From Vicinamibacterales bacterium (GTDB lineage Bacteria > Acidobacteriota > Vicinamibacteria > Vicinamibacterales > Fen-181), in NCBI GenBank assembly GCA_036504215.1, contig DASXVO010000016.1, forward strand, positions 1 to 64,000: 64,000 nt of DNA, read 5' to 3'. Made by a program: the position numbers and the translations under genes. Positions 9,584 through 18,692 of the stretch are shown here, in pieces (the first letter of the stretch is position 1; each line of letters opens with the position of its first letter). The notes below the pieces were generated by a model. The model saw only the letters and a list, made by a program, of their open reading frames with translations, was not told where the DNA came from and made no database searches.

Positions 9584-10759
9584 TCAGAACCTGACCCAGG
9601 CGGCGCCCTTTCGCGAGCTGGCGACGCATGCTTCGATGAATCTCACGCCGCGGATGCCCTCGTCCACACCCGGGAAATCCAGGTCTTCAGGCGCCAGCGG
9701 CTGGCCGGCGTTCTTCTTGATCAGCGCGCTCACGAACGCGAGGTAGATGTTGGCGAATGCCTCGAAGTAACCTTCGGGATGGCCCGCCGGAACCCGCGAC
9801 ATCCGCTGCGCGGCGGGATGCAGGGTGTCGCGGCCGCGCGACAGCCGCACGGTGGGCTTCCCCAGGTACGCCACCTCGCAATAGTTCGGATTCTCCTGCG
9901 ACCACTCGAGCGACCCCTTGGTCCCGTAGATCCGCACGCGAAGACCATTGTCCCTGCCGATGGCCACCTGGGACGCCCAGTAGAGTCCCTTCGCGCCGCC
10001 CTTGTACTCCACCAGGATGGATGCGTTGTCGTCCAGTGCGCGGCCGGCGACGAAGCGGTCGAGGCGTGCGAGCAGCGTGCGGATTTCGAGTCCGGTGATG
10101 TGCGTGACCATGTTCTCGATGTGGCTGCCGATGTCACCCACGCAGTTGGAGATCCCACTCCGACGCGGGTTGGCTCTCCAAGCCGCCTGCTTCTGGCCAG
10201 TGCGCTCGAGCGGCGTCGCCAGCCACTCCTGCGGATACTCCGCGGCCACGAAGCGAATGTCGCCGAGTTCGCCTTGCGCGACCATCTCGCGCATGTGCCG
10301 AACGATGGGATATCCCGTGTAGGTGTAGGTGACCCCGAACAGCAGCTTCGCCCGCTTCGCCAAAACGCCGAGCGCCCGAGCGTCGGCACTCGAGGTGGCG
10401 AGCGGCTTGTCGCACACCACGTGGATGCCGTGCTCGAGGGCGAGCTTCGCAATCGGAGCGTGCAGATAGTTGGGCGTCACGATGACCAGGAAATCGATCC
10501 CGTCCACTCGCTTCGCCTCCGCGCGGATCATCGTGCGGTAGTTCTTGTACAGCCGATCCGGCGCCAGGCCCAACGACCCGCCCGTCTCGAGCGTATTCTC
10601 GTAGTCTGCGGAGAAGCAACCCGCGGCGAGGTCGGCCAGACCGTCGAACGCGATGGCCTGCCGGTGCACGCTGCCGATGAAGGCGCCCCGCCCGCCGCCC
10701 ACCATGCCGTACCGAATCCTGCCGCCAGTGGCTGCCGCTGCCCGTCCTTCAATGGTCAT
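9584..10759 (-). CDS. Gfo/Idh/MocA family oxidoreductase, cytoplasmic
   Basis: N-terminal Rossmann region IRYGMVGGGRGAFIG...HVVCDKP and C-terminal GFO_IDH_MocA_C-like domain. No signal peptide. Confidence 0.75.
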   Translation of the reverse strand: MTIEGRAAAATGGRIRYGMVGGGRGAFIGSVHRQAIAFDGLADLAAGCFSADYENTLETGGSLGLAPDRLYKNYRTMIRAEAKRVDGIDFLVIVTPNYLHAPIAKLALEHGIHVVCDKPLATSSADARALGVLAKRAKLLFGVTYTYTGYPIVRHMREMVAQGELGDIRFVAAEYPQEWLATPLERTGQKQAAWRANPRRSGISNCVGDIGSHIENMVTHITGLEIRTLLARLDRFVAGRALDDNASILVEYKGGAKGLYWASQVAIGRDNGLRVRIYGTKGSLEWSQENPNYCEVAYLGKPTVRLSRGRDTLHPAAQRMSRVPAGHPEGYFEAFANIYLAFVSALIKKNAGQPLAPEDLDFPGVDEGIRGVRFIEACVASSRKGAAWVRF

Positions 10760-10766
10760 GATCGCC

Positions 10767-12767
10767 TCACGACTCGTTCTTCTTCATGCGTGTCCTGATC
10801 TTCTCGATGGCGGCCTCAGCCTCGGCCTTCACCGACGGTTCGCGCAGGAAGCTCGCAGCAAGGTCCAGCGCCTCCCCGCAGGGAAACTGCGTCAGCGCCC
10901 CGAGCACGAGCTTCTGCTCCTCCGGCCGCCACGCAAAACCCGCAGCCGATCTCAGGTCAGCGACAGCCGCCTCAGGATCCCGGTAATTGTCCAGTCCGAC
11001 GGTACGGACCAGGCCATGGATAGCCAGCAGGCGGTGGGTCTCGTTCCGGGAGTCCCGCGCCAGGCGGAAGATGTCGTCGCGCGCGGCGCCCGTCGGCCAC
11101 GCCGTCAGCGCACGCACCGCGGCGTCATACACCTCCGGATCGGCGTCGCCGAGCGCCCCTCTCACCACCGGCAACGCGCTGGCCTGACCAATCAACGGGA
11201 GCACGGCAATGAGTCGCCCCTTGGCCTTGGGATCCTTCTCCGCCGCCAGGCGGGTCGTCACCGCCCTCGACTGGTCGTTGGCGTTCGCCATCTTCCGCGC
11301 GAGGACGCCAACCGTCGTTTCCGCTTCCGACAACTCGCGGCCATCGTCGGCTCGGAGCAGCATTTCGAGCACCGCAGGAACGTCAGACGGCGTACCGATC
11401 ACGCGCAAGGATCTGAGCGCCTGCACCCTCACCCCGGTCGACGGCGAGCCGAGCGCGGCGACCACGACGCGCTCGGCGACGAACATCTGCCGGTCGGCCG
11501 CCGCCAACAGCAGTGCCCTCTCGACATCTTCGGTCGGCTTCGTCCCGAGCAACGAGAGGATCTCTTCGTCGACGGCACGGCCGGTCAGCCTTCCGAGCGC
11601 GGAACGGGCCGCCCCCTGTTCGGGGCCGCGGGCCTTCGCGGACTTGTCCAACAGGAATCGCACGACTGTGGCGTCGCCCGCCGCAGCCAGCGCGTTGGTC
11701 GAGGCGATTCGGACCATTGTCGAATCGCTTCGCGCGGCGAGAAGGACCGTCGGGAGCACCCGTTCTCTCGGGTAGGCGGCCAGCACGCTCAGCAACCGAA
11801 GCTGCAACGGCTCCGGAAGGCGAGGCAGGAGCGAACAGATTGGCTGGATCGTGTCGGGCGCCACCACGTCCCTGATCTTCGTGATGGCCGCTTCCTGGAG
11901 GCCGGGATCGGATCCACTGAGCAGGTCCATGAGGACCGCTGCTCCACGCGGCCCGCTGGTCGAAATCCTGCCGATGGCGATGGCTCGACGCAGTGGACCA
12001 GGCAGCGACGCGTCAGCCCAGAGCGTGTCGTACAGCCGCAGGGCGGCCGCGTCGTTCTTCGCCGCCGCAAAGGACTCCGCGCACGTCATCACGGCCGATG
12101 CAAACACCGGCTTGAGATCCGGACGTGCGATCGCGAATGCAGCCGTGAGCGCCTGCGCGGCCGCGTCTCCGCCGATGGCGCCCAGCGCAAAGACAGTCGC
12201 CCGGGCGAACTCGGCCTGCGCGAGCAGCGGAGCAAGCGCGGGGACCGCGTCCGCGTCCCGCCGTACTCCGATTGTCGAGATGACGGCAAGCCTCGCCGGG
12301 CCTGTCGACGTCGTCAGCGCCTGCACGAGCGCACGGCCAGCCACGCTGCCTGGGATCTGCCGCAGCACGTAGAGCGCCATGTCCACGGATCGCTCGTCCT
12401 TCAGCAACGCCTGCAGCGCAGGCACGGCGCTGTCGCCGGCGATCAGTCGCAGGTGACGGCAGGCGGCCATCCTGGCGACCGGCGTCGCCGGCGTCTTGAG
12501 AAACGCGAGCAGTCTTACTTCGCATTCCGCGCGCCCTGCGGGATCGTTCATCCGGGCGTGGACGTAGTCGCGGAGCTTCCACAGCGCGGCCGACTCGATG
12601 CTTCCCTGGTAGGAGGACACCTCCCGAAGGATCGCGTCGAGAGACTCGGCGGCCACAGACGCCTGCGCCCACAAAGCGCGATCGGCTCCCAGCAGAAGGC
12701 CGATCGCGATGAGGAGCACGCCGCAGGCCTTGGATGCGCGTGCCGGGGGCAAGGGGTGATGTGTCAT
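10767..12767 (-). CDS. Secreted HEAT/PBS-lyase repeat protein
   Basis: Signal peptide (MTHHPLPPARASKACGVLLIAIGLLLGADRALWAQA) then about 600 aa of repeating alpha-helical units (AVPAL..LL.D....VR..A..AL). GAGGTG RBS. The track ORF has a 211-codon spurious extension. Confidence 0.55.
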   Translation of the reverse strand: MTHHPLPPARASKACGVLLIAIGLLLGADRALWAQASVAAESLDAILREVSSYQGSIESAALWKLRDYVHARMNDPAGRAECEVRLLAFLKTPATPVARMAACRHLRLIAGDSAVPALQALLKDERSVDMALYVLRQIPGSVAGRALVQALTTSTGPARLAVISTIGVRRDADAVPALAPLLAQAEFARATVFALGAIGGDAAAQALTAAFAIARPDLKPVFASAVMTCAESFAAAKNDAAALRLYDTLWADASLPGPLRRAIAIGRISTSGPRGAAVLMDLLSGSDPGLQEAAITKIRDVVAPDTIQPICSLLPRLPEPLQLRLLSVLAAYPRERVLPTVLLAARSDSTMVRIASTNALAAAGDATVVRFLLDKSAKARGPEQGAARSALGRLTGRAVDEEILSLLGTKPTEDVERALLLAAADRQMFVAERVVVAALGSPSTGVRVQALRSLRVIGTPSDVPAVLEMLLRADDGRELSEAETTVGVLARKMANANDQSRAVTTRLAAEKDPKAKGRLIAVLPLIGQASALPVVRGALGDADPEVYDAAVRALTAWPTGAARDDIFRLARDSRNETHRLLAIHGLVRTVGLDNYRDPEAAVADLRSAAGFAWRPEEQKLVLGALTQFPCGEALDLAASFLREPSVKAEAEAAIEKIRTRMKKNES

Positions 12768-12781
12768 CGTTGCACCTCGGA

Positions 12782-14104
12782 TCACGCGGGAACCTGGTAC
12801 GGCTTCCGGTAGGATCGCGACAGCAGCCGCTCCGCGCCGGCGTCGCCAATCAGCGTCTCGGTGGCAGGGTCCCATTTGATCTTCCTGCCCGTTTCGATCG
12901 CGATCACGCCCAGGTGTCCGACGCTCGCGGACCGGTGCGCGACCTCGGCGGGCGCGATGGTCAGCGCGCCGCTCCTGATGCAGTCGAGGAAGTTCTGCTG
13001 GTGATCGCGGCTGTGGTACAACCGAGTCTCGTTCGGTCCGATGACCTCGTTGACCAGGTGCGCAGGCTGGCTCTCGAATCCGCCCCGGTCCACCCACACC
13101 CAACCGCGCTCGCCAATCCACTTCGTCCCGCTCTGGATTTCCGGGTAGCCGCCAGCCAGGATGATCGGTGTCCCGTCCGCGTAGAGCGTATCGACCCAGT
13201 ACCGGGTCGGACTGTTGTAGATGCCGGTTGTCGGGAACTCGGCCCGGCCCGAGACCTCGACGGGCCCGGTGTGATCGAGACCCAGCGCCCAGTGCGCGAT
13301 GTCGAGGTGGTGGCCGACCCAGTCCATCAACTGGCCACCGCCGAAGTCCATGTTCCAGCGCCAGTTCATGTGCACGCGCGCCCTGCAATACGGCGACCAT
13401 GGAGCGGGACCCAACCAGGTGTCGTAGTCGAATCCGGACGGAGGGTTCTCGAGCTTCTCCTGCCCAAATGTGCCGGCGAAGTCGTGGTGGCCCGACGGAA
13501 GCCCCACCTCAACTCGCTGAACCCTGCCGATTCGCCCGTTGCGGACCAGTTCGCACGCGCGGTGGAAGTTCTCGACCGACCGCTGCCAACTGCCCGTCTG
13601 CCACACGCGGCCGTACCGTTCGACCGCGTCGCAAAGCGCGCGTCCTTCGCGCAGGCTGTGCGTGAACGGCTTCTCGCCGAACACGTGCAGGCCGGCCCTG
13701 AGCGCCTCGATCGACAGGATTGCGTGCCAGTGGTCGGGAACGGCGATCGACACCGCGTCGAGGTCGCCGCGCGCGTACAGCTTCCGGTAGTCCTTGTAGA
13801 CCGCGCAGTCAGCCGTGCCGTACGCGGTGTTGACGGTCTCCTGCGCCTTTCGCAGCGGGCCGTCGTCGAGGTCGCAGACCGCCACCCATTGGACCTCGTT
13901 CTTGCCGAGAAACGAGCGCATGTTGGACGGCCCCTGCATGCCGAACCCGATGCCGGCCATGACGATGCGGTCGCTGGGCGGAGTGACTCCGTGGCGGCCC
14001 AGCACTGACGCCTCGACGATCGTCGGAAATGCCGCGGCACCGGCGATTGCCACGGGTGCCTGCTTCAGGAATTCCCGGCGGGAACACGAAGAGTGCTTGT
14101 TCAT
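12782..14104 (-). CDS. Gfo/Idh/MocA family oxidoreductase with twin-arginine (TAT) signal
   Basis: MNKHSSCSRREFLKQAPVAIAGAAAF TAT signal followed by a Gfo N-terminal Rossmann domain (IVMAGIGFGMQG...HVFGEKP). Ends 14 nt upstream of the HEAT protein start. Confidence 0.75.
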   Translation of the reverse strand: MNKHSSCSRREFLKQAPVAIAGAAAFPTIVEASVLGRHGVTPPSDRIVMAGIGFGMQGPSNMRSFLGKNEVQWVAVCDLDDGPLRKAQETVNTAYGTADCAVYKDYRKLYARGDLDAVSIAVPDHWHAILSIEALRAGLHVFGEKPFTHSLREGRALCDAVERYGRVWQTGSWQRSVENFHRACELVRNGRIGRVQRVEVGLPSGHHDFAGTFGQEKLENPPSGFDYDTWLGPAPWSPYCRARVHMNWRWNMDFGGGQLMDWVGHHLDIAHWALGLDHTGPVEVSGRAEFPTTGIYNSPTRYWVDTLYADGTPIILAGGYPEIQSGTKWIGERGWVWVDRGGFESQPAHLVNEVIGPNETRLYHSRDHQQNFLDCIRSGALTIAPAEVAHRSASVGHLGVIAIETGRKIKWDPATETLIGDAGAERLLSRSYRKPYQVPA

Positions 14105-14269
14105 CGCATCCTTTCCAGGGACATCTGCCGCGGTCGAACATGCCGCCAGGGATGCAACTTCCTGTGTCGGGCGTGGAAGCTGTCCTATAATGCGCGCGAT
14201 TCTACAACAGGCGTTGGCCGGGCGAATAGGAATGTGCCTGGCGCACCGGCAACCCGAGGAGCGACGACC

Positions 14270-15136
14270 ATGAACCGAAGCCGCGATCTGACACGCCGAT
14301 CGTTTCTTGGAATGGCCGGCGCCGTGCCGCTGGCCTGGGGACTGGCGAACGCGTCGACGGCTGCGGAGGCCGGCAGGCTCCCGATTGCCCTTCAGCTCTA
14401 CTCGGTCCGCCGTGACTGCCAGCAGGACTTCGACGGCGCGCTCGAGCAGGTCGCGGCCATGGGCTTCGAGGGCGTGGAGTTCGCCGGCTACTTCGGCTAC
14501 GCGGACAGGGCGCGCGAGTTGAAGGCGAGGCTCCAGTCCCTCGGGCTGAAGGTGGCGGGCACGCACATCGGCCTCGACACGCTGCAGAACGACGCGCTGA
14601 AGCGGACGATCGACTTTCACCAAGCAATCGGTTGCCGTTTCCTGATCGTGCCAAGCAATCCGGCCTTCACGGACCCCGAGAAGAGCAAGGCCCTCGCCGA
14701 AACGTTCAATCTGTTGGCGGCCACGTTGAAGCCGCTCGGCATGGCCTGCGGTTTCCACAACCACAAGGCCGAGTTCCAGAAGGACGGCGCCAAGACCTAC
14801 TGGGACCTCTTCGCCGAGCGCACGAGCCAGGACGTCATCCTCCAGCAGGATTGCGGGTGGACGTGGGCGGCCGGCTTCGACCCAGTGGCCTACGTCCGGA
14901 AGTACCCCGGACGCACGAAGACGACCCACTTCAAACCGACCATCCGGCAGGACGACGCCGGAAAGAGAGCCATCCTCGGACAGGACTCGGTGGACTGGAA
15001 AGCCGTCTACGCGGCGTGCTCGTCGGTTGGCGGAACGGAGTGGGTTGTCGTGGAGCAGGAAACGTACCCGGACGGCAAGACGCCGATGCAGTGTACCCGG
15101 GAATCGCTCGCGGGCCTGAAGGCGCTGATCGGGTAG
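14270..15136 (+). CDS. Xylose-isomerase-like TIM-barrel protein (sugar phosphate isomerase/epimerase family) with TAT signal
   Basis: MNRSRDLTRRSFLGMAGAVPLAWGLANA TAT signal. TIM-barrel motifs (GFEGVEF...FHNH...VVEQE). GAGGAG RBS. Confidence 0.7.
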   Translation: MNRSRDLTRRSFLGMAGAVPLAWGLANASTAAEAGRLPIALQLYSVRRDCQQDFDGALEQVAAMGFEGVEFAGYFGYADRARELKARLQSLGLKVAGTHIGLDTLQNDALKRTIDFHQAIGCRFLIVPSNPAFTDPEKSKALAETFNLLAATLKPLGMACGFHNHKAEFQKDGAKTYWDLFAERTSQDVILQQDCGWTWAAGFDPVAYVRKYPGRTKTTHFKPTIRQDDAGKRAILGQDSVDWKAVYAACSSVGGTEWVVVEQETYPDGKTPMQCTRESLAGLKALIG

Positions 15137-16333
15137 ATGGAGGAGCCAATGGAAGCGACGGTAGCCCGTAGGACGTCCGTTCTCGCGTTGATGGCCGTGT
15201 TCGGTCTCGGCATCTCCTTCATCATCATTGGAGCGATCTCCGAGGAACTGAAGAGGGATCTCGGTGTGACGAACGCGGAGATCGGCAACCTGGTTCTCGC
15301 GCTGTTCCTCACGAGCGTGGTCGTGCAGCTCATCACCGGCCCGCTGGTGGACCGGTTCGGGCACAAGCCGCTGGCGATCGTCGGGTTCCTGGTCGCGAGC
15401 CTGAGCATGTTCCTGATCGGGCTGGCGCCGAACGTCGCCACGGCGTTCGTCGCGTGCATCCTGCTGGGCATCGGCGCCATGTGTCTGAACACCGTGGGCA
15501 ACACGCTCATCCCCGTGGTGCTCTTCGACGGCAAGGACCCGGCGCGCGCCAGCAACTTCGGCAACGCGTTCTTCGGCCTCGGCTACGTCATCACGCCGTT
15601 GCTGTTCTCGCTGATGGCCGGGGCGGGGCTCGGCTACAGGACCGGCGTCTACCTGCTCGGCGGGCTGTTCCTCGTCTTCCTGGTGGCCGCCGTCGGCTCG
15701 ACGTTCCCGCGCGTGTCCACCGGCTACGAGTTCTCGATGGCGTTCAAGTTGCTCGGCAAACGGGCGGTGCTCGTCGCCGCGCTCGCACTGTTCTGCTACA
15801 TCTCGCTCGAGATCAGCATGGCCACGTGGAGCAAGCCGTACATGACGGAGTTGTTCGGCGGGGCCGCGAATCCTGGGGCCGTGTCCAGGGCCGGGCTGAT
15901 CCTGAGCCTGTTTGGCGTGGCCATGATGGTCGGTCGCTTCCTGACATCGATGGTGAAGAACCTGACGACCATCGGCGTCAGACTGATCGCGGCGATGGCC
16001 CTGGTGGCGATGGGAGCCATCCTCACGATGATTCTCACAGAGATCCCGGCGCTGGCCGTCGTGGCCGTGGTTGTGACGGGCCTGGTCTTCGCGCCGATCT
16101 TCCCGACGATAGTCGGCGTGACGTTCGCCAAGTTCGAACCGAAACTCTACGGCAGCATTTTCGGGATCATCTTCGCCGTCGGGCTCCTCGGTGGCACGTT
16201 CGTGCCGCAGATCATCGGGAGCCTGAGCGTCGGCGCGACGATCCAACAGAGCCTCCTCATCGTGCTGGCGATGGCGGCGGCGCTGTTCGTGATCTCGCTG
16301 TTCCTCAGGTCGAGATCGGAGTCTGCCTCCTGA
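15137..16333 (+). CDS. MFS transporter (probable sugar transporter)
   Basis: 398 aa with 12 predicted TM helices. Starts 1 nt after the stop of the TIM-barrel gene. Confidence 0.7.
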   Translation: MEEPMEATVARRTSVLALMAVFGLGISFIIIGAISEELKRDLGVTNAEIGNLVLALFLTSVVVQLITGPLVDRFGHKPLAIVGFLVASLSMFLIGLAPNVATAFVACILLGIGAMCLNTVGNTLIPVVLFDGKDPARASNFGNAFFGLGYVITPLLFSLMAGAGLGYRTGVYLLGGLFLVFLVAAVGSTFPRVSTGYEFSMAFKLLGKRAVLVAALALFCYISLEISMATWSKPYMTELFGGAANPGAVSRAGLILSLFGVAMMVGRFLTSMVKNLTTIGVRLIAAMALVAMGAILTMILTEIPALAVVAVVVTGLVFAPIFPTIVGVTFAKFEPKLYGSIFGIIFAVGLLGGTFVPQIIGSLSVGATIQQSLLIVLAMAAALFVISLFLRSRSESAS

Positions 16334-16368
16334 AGTCCGGCTCCTGGCTCCCGATCTCGACAGGTCCC

Positions 16369-16394
16369 CCGGCCACCCCCGCGGGTGTGGCCGG
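16369..16394. terminator. GC-rich hairpin between convergent genes (putative bidirectional terminator)
   Basis: ccggccac-N10-gtggccgg inverted repeat (8-bp perfect stem plus inner ccc/ggg), 36 nt after the MFS stop and just before the convergent Gfo stop. Confidence 0.3.
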
Positions 16395-16400
16395 GATCGC

Positions 16401-17816
16401 CTAGAACGTCCAGCCGCTGCGGTAGTGGTGCTGGACCAAGTCGTTCGCTTCCGGGTGGTTCGTGACCGTCATCCTGGGACCGTCCCACACGAGCTTGACT
16501 CCGGGGAACGCGACACCGAGATTGCCGAGCAGCACGGCCTCGGTGAACGGACCGGCGTAGTTGAAATCCGAGACGGCCTTCGTCTTGCCCTTGATCGCGT
16601 CAATCCAGTTCTGCTCGTGGCTGCCGACTACTCGCGCGATCGACTTGCGCGGGCGCTTGTAGGCCTGCATGCGCCGCTCGGGAATCAACCGCGGGCTGCC
16701 CGAGTACGTCTCGCACATCAGCTTCCCCTTGTCGCCAACGAAGATCGTCCCGCTCTCGGGCAACGTACGATCCGGTTCCAGTTCCTCCGGACGTTCGGGA
16801 AGCAGGCCTCCGTCGTACCAGTGAAGCTTCACGGCAGGGTACTTCTTGCCGCGGTCCGGGAAGGTGTAGTGGACGATCGTCGCCGGAGGATAGCTGTCCT
16901 TGTACTGCAGCCTCACGTTCGACGTCCCGCCGCCCTCGCGCGGGACCTCGATGACCTGGTAGGCAAGAAACGCGGTCACGCTGGTCGGATATCCGAGTTT
17001 CAACGCGGTGTAGGCGGCATCCATGACGTGACACGCCATGTCGCCGAGGGCGCCGCACCCGAAGTCCAGCCACGAGCGCCAACTGAACGGGTGATAGGCC
17101 TTGTGGTATGCCCGAAGCGGCGCCGGTCCGAGCCAAAGGTCCCAATCGAGACCGTCGGGCACCGCCGGTGTGTCGGTCGGCCTTGGCATGCCCTGCGGCC
17201 AGATCGGTCGATTCGTCCAACAGTGCACCTCGCGGACCTTGCCAATCGCGCCATCGGCAATCCATTCCTCGATGAGCCGCACGCCCTCGCCCGAGTGCCC
17301 CTGGTTCCCCATCTGGGTGACGACCTTGTACCGACGCGCGGCCTCGGTCAGCGCCCGCGCTTCCGACACGGTCCGCGTCAGTGGTTTCTGGACGTAGACG
17401 TGCTTGCCCAACTGCATGGCGGCGATCGCGATGACGGCGTGGCTGTGGTCGGGAGTGGCGACGATGATCCCGTCGATGTCCTTCTGCTTCTCCAGCATCA
17501 CGCGGTAGTCGCGGTACCTGGTGGCGTTCGGAAACTCCTCGAACACCTTCGTACGAGCAGCCCGGACGCGTGCCGCGTCGCTGTCGTCCACGTCACAGAG
17601 CGCGACGACGTTCTCCGCGGCACACGCCTTGGTGTTGGCCGTCCCCATGCCGTGGACGTACCCGACCGTCGCGATGTTCACGCGGTCGCTCGGCGCCTGG
17701 TACCCGGGCCCGCCCAGCACGTGGCGCGGCACGATCATGAATCCGGCGGCGGCCGCCATGCCTCCCACGAACCTGCGACGCGAGATCCCGTTCGCGAGCG
17801 TGTTCTGATCGTCCAT
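16401..17816 (-). CDS. Gfo/Idh/MocA family oxidoreductase with TAT signal
   Basis: SRRRFVGGMAAAAGFMIV TAT signal. Gfo Rossmann domain (VNIATVGYVHGMG...HVYVQKP). 471 aa. Confidence 0.75.
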   Translation of the reverse strand: MDDQNTLANGISRRRFVGGMAAAAGFMIVPRHVLGGPGYQAPSDRVNIATVGYVHGMGTANTKACAAENVVALCDVDDSDAARVRAARTKVFEEFPNATRYRDYRVMLEKQKDIDGIIVATPDHSHAVIAIAAMQLGKHVYVQKPLTRTVSEARALTEAARRYKVVTQMGNQGHSGEGVRLIEEWIADGAIGKVREVHCWTNRPIWPQGMPRPTDTPAVPDGLDWDLWLGPAPLRAYHKAYHPFSWRSWLDFGCGALGDMACHVMDAAYTALKLGYPTSVTAFLAYQVIEVPREGGGTSNVRLQYKDSYPPATIVHYTFPDRGKKYPAVKLHWYDGGLLPERPEELEPDRTLPESGTIFVGDKGKLMCETYSGSPRLIPERRMQAYKRPRKSIARVVGSHEQNWIDAIKGKTKAVSDFNYAGPFTEAVLLGNLGVAFPGVKLVWDGPRMTVTNHPEANDLVQHHYRSGWTF

Positions 17817-17831
17817 GTCCGTTCCTCGGGT

Positions 17832-18692
17832 TCAGGTTGTTGTCCGACTCTCAGGGGTCGGGAAGTGTCTCACCTCGCCCTCGAGGATCCAGGCTTCGAG
17901 CCCTGAGTACTGACGACAGCAGCGTTCGATTTCATCGAAGGCGTTCACCATGAACGCGGTTGAGAGCGCATCCGCCACGGCTGCAGCCGACGCCTCGACG
18001 CCCGCCACGCGGCAGATGTCCCCAAGGACGCTGCGCGGCGCGGAGACCCAGGCGGCAGGCCTCGATCGCACCGGCGCCCGATCACGCGCATTCCAGATGT
18101 GCTCGCCCTTCTGGAGCCCCGACGCGCCGAGCGCCTGCTGTCTGGCCTCGAGTCGCGCGAGAATCACGGTCGGCGTCGCAGGACGGCTGAGGGTCAGCGG
18201 CCACCCCCCGAGTCCGGACGGCGGGTCCAGCGCCAGGACCGAACTGTAGCCGGCATCCACGAGGACCTGGGTGACCTCCCAGTCTTCCAGAATCTCCGCC
18301 ATCCGATCCACCGCGTAGCCCTTGCCGATGGCACCCAGATCGAGGCGCACACCATCGGCCCGCGCCCGCACGAGAAATTCGTCCGGCACCAACTCCAGGC
18401 TCTCGAAGCCTGTGCCGACCGACACGTCGAATGCTCCGCGCGTGTCAGCGTAGATGAGATCCGCCAGCCGCAGGCACTGCATCGTTTCGTAGCCGACGAC
18501 CGTCGATTCCCCGGACGACAGATGGTTGATCCGCGCGATGTCACTGTTCTCGACGAACCGGCTCAGCTGTTGCTCCAGGCGATCGACCGTCTCGAAGGCG
18601 GCCCTCGCAGCCTGCCGCGCGTAGCGCTCGTCCGGATGCGCCGACCGGATCTCGAACCGCGTCGCCATGGCCGCGTGCTGGAGCGCGATCAT
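17832..18692 (-). CDS. apbE: FAD:protein FMN transferase (ApbE family)
   Basis: ApbE hallmarks SRFVENSDIARIN and DLGAIGKGYAVDR. The ATG overlaps the TGA of the upstream cytochrome gene (ATGA). No signal peptide from this start. The track ORF has a 222-codon out-of-frame-overlapping extension. Confidence 0.65.
   Translation of the reverse strand: MIALQHAAMATRFEIRSAHPDERYARQAARAAFETVDRLEQQLSRFVENSDIARINHLSSGESTVVGYETMQCLRLADLIYADTRGAFDVSVGTGFESLELVPDEFLVRARADGVRLDLGAIGKGYAVDRMAEILEDWEVTQVLVDAGYSSVLALDPPSGLGGWPLTLSRPATPTVILARLEARQQALGASGLQKGEHIWNARDRAPVRSRPAAWVSAPRSVLGDICRVAGVEASAAAVADALSTAFMVNAFDEIERCCRQYSGLEAWILEGEVRHFPTPESRTTT

Noticed and set aside
10653-12812. 719-aa plus-strand ORF antisense to the HEAT-repeat gene
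   Set aside because: Arg/Gly/Pro-rich low-complexity translation with no domain signature. It is a typical open antisense frame in a GC-rich gene, and the sense-strand gene has a signal peptide, RBS and operon context.
16425-17906. 493-aa plus-strand ORF antisense to the Gfo(TAT) gene; similar large antisense ORFs across the cytochrome (19430..20693, 20480..21220) and the 12782..16246 composite ORF
   Set aside because: All are Arg/Pro/Gly-rich shadows of real genes on the opposite strand. The 12782..16246 ORF is a Gfo gene (12782..14104) with a long spurious 5' extension running antisense through the TIM-barrel and MFS genes.
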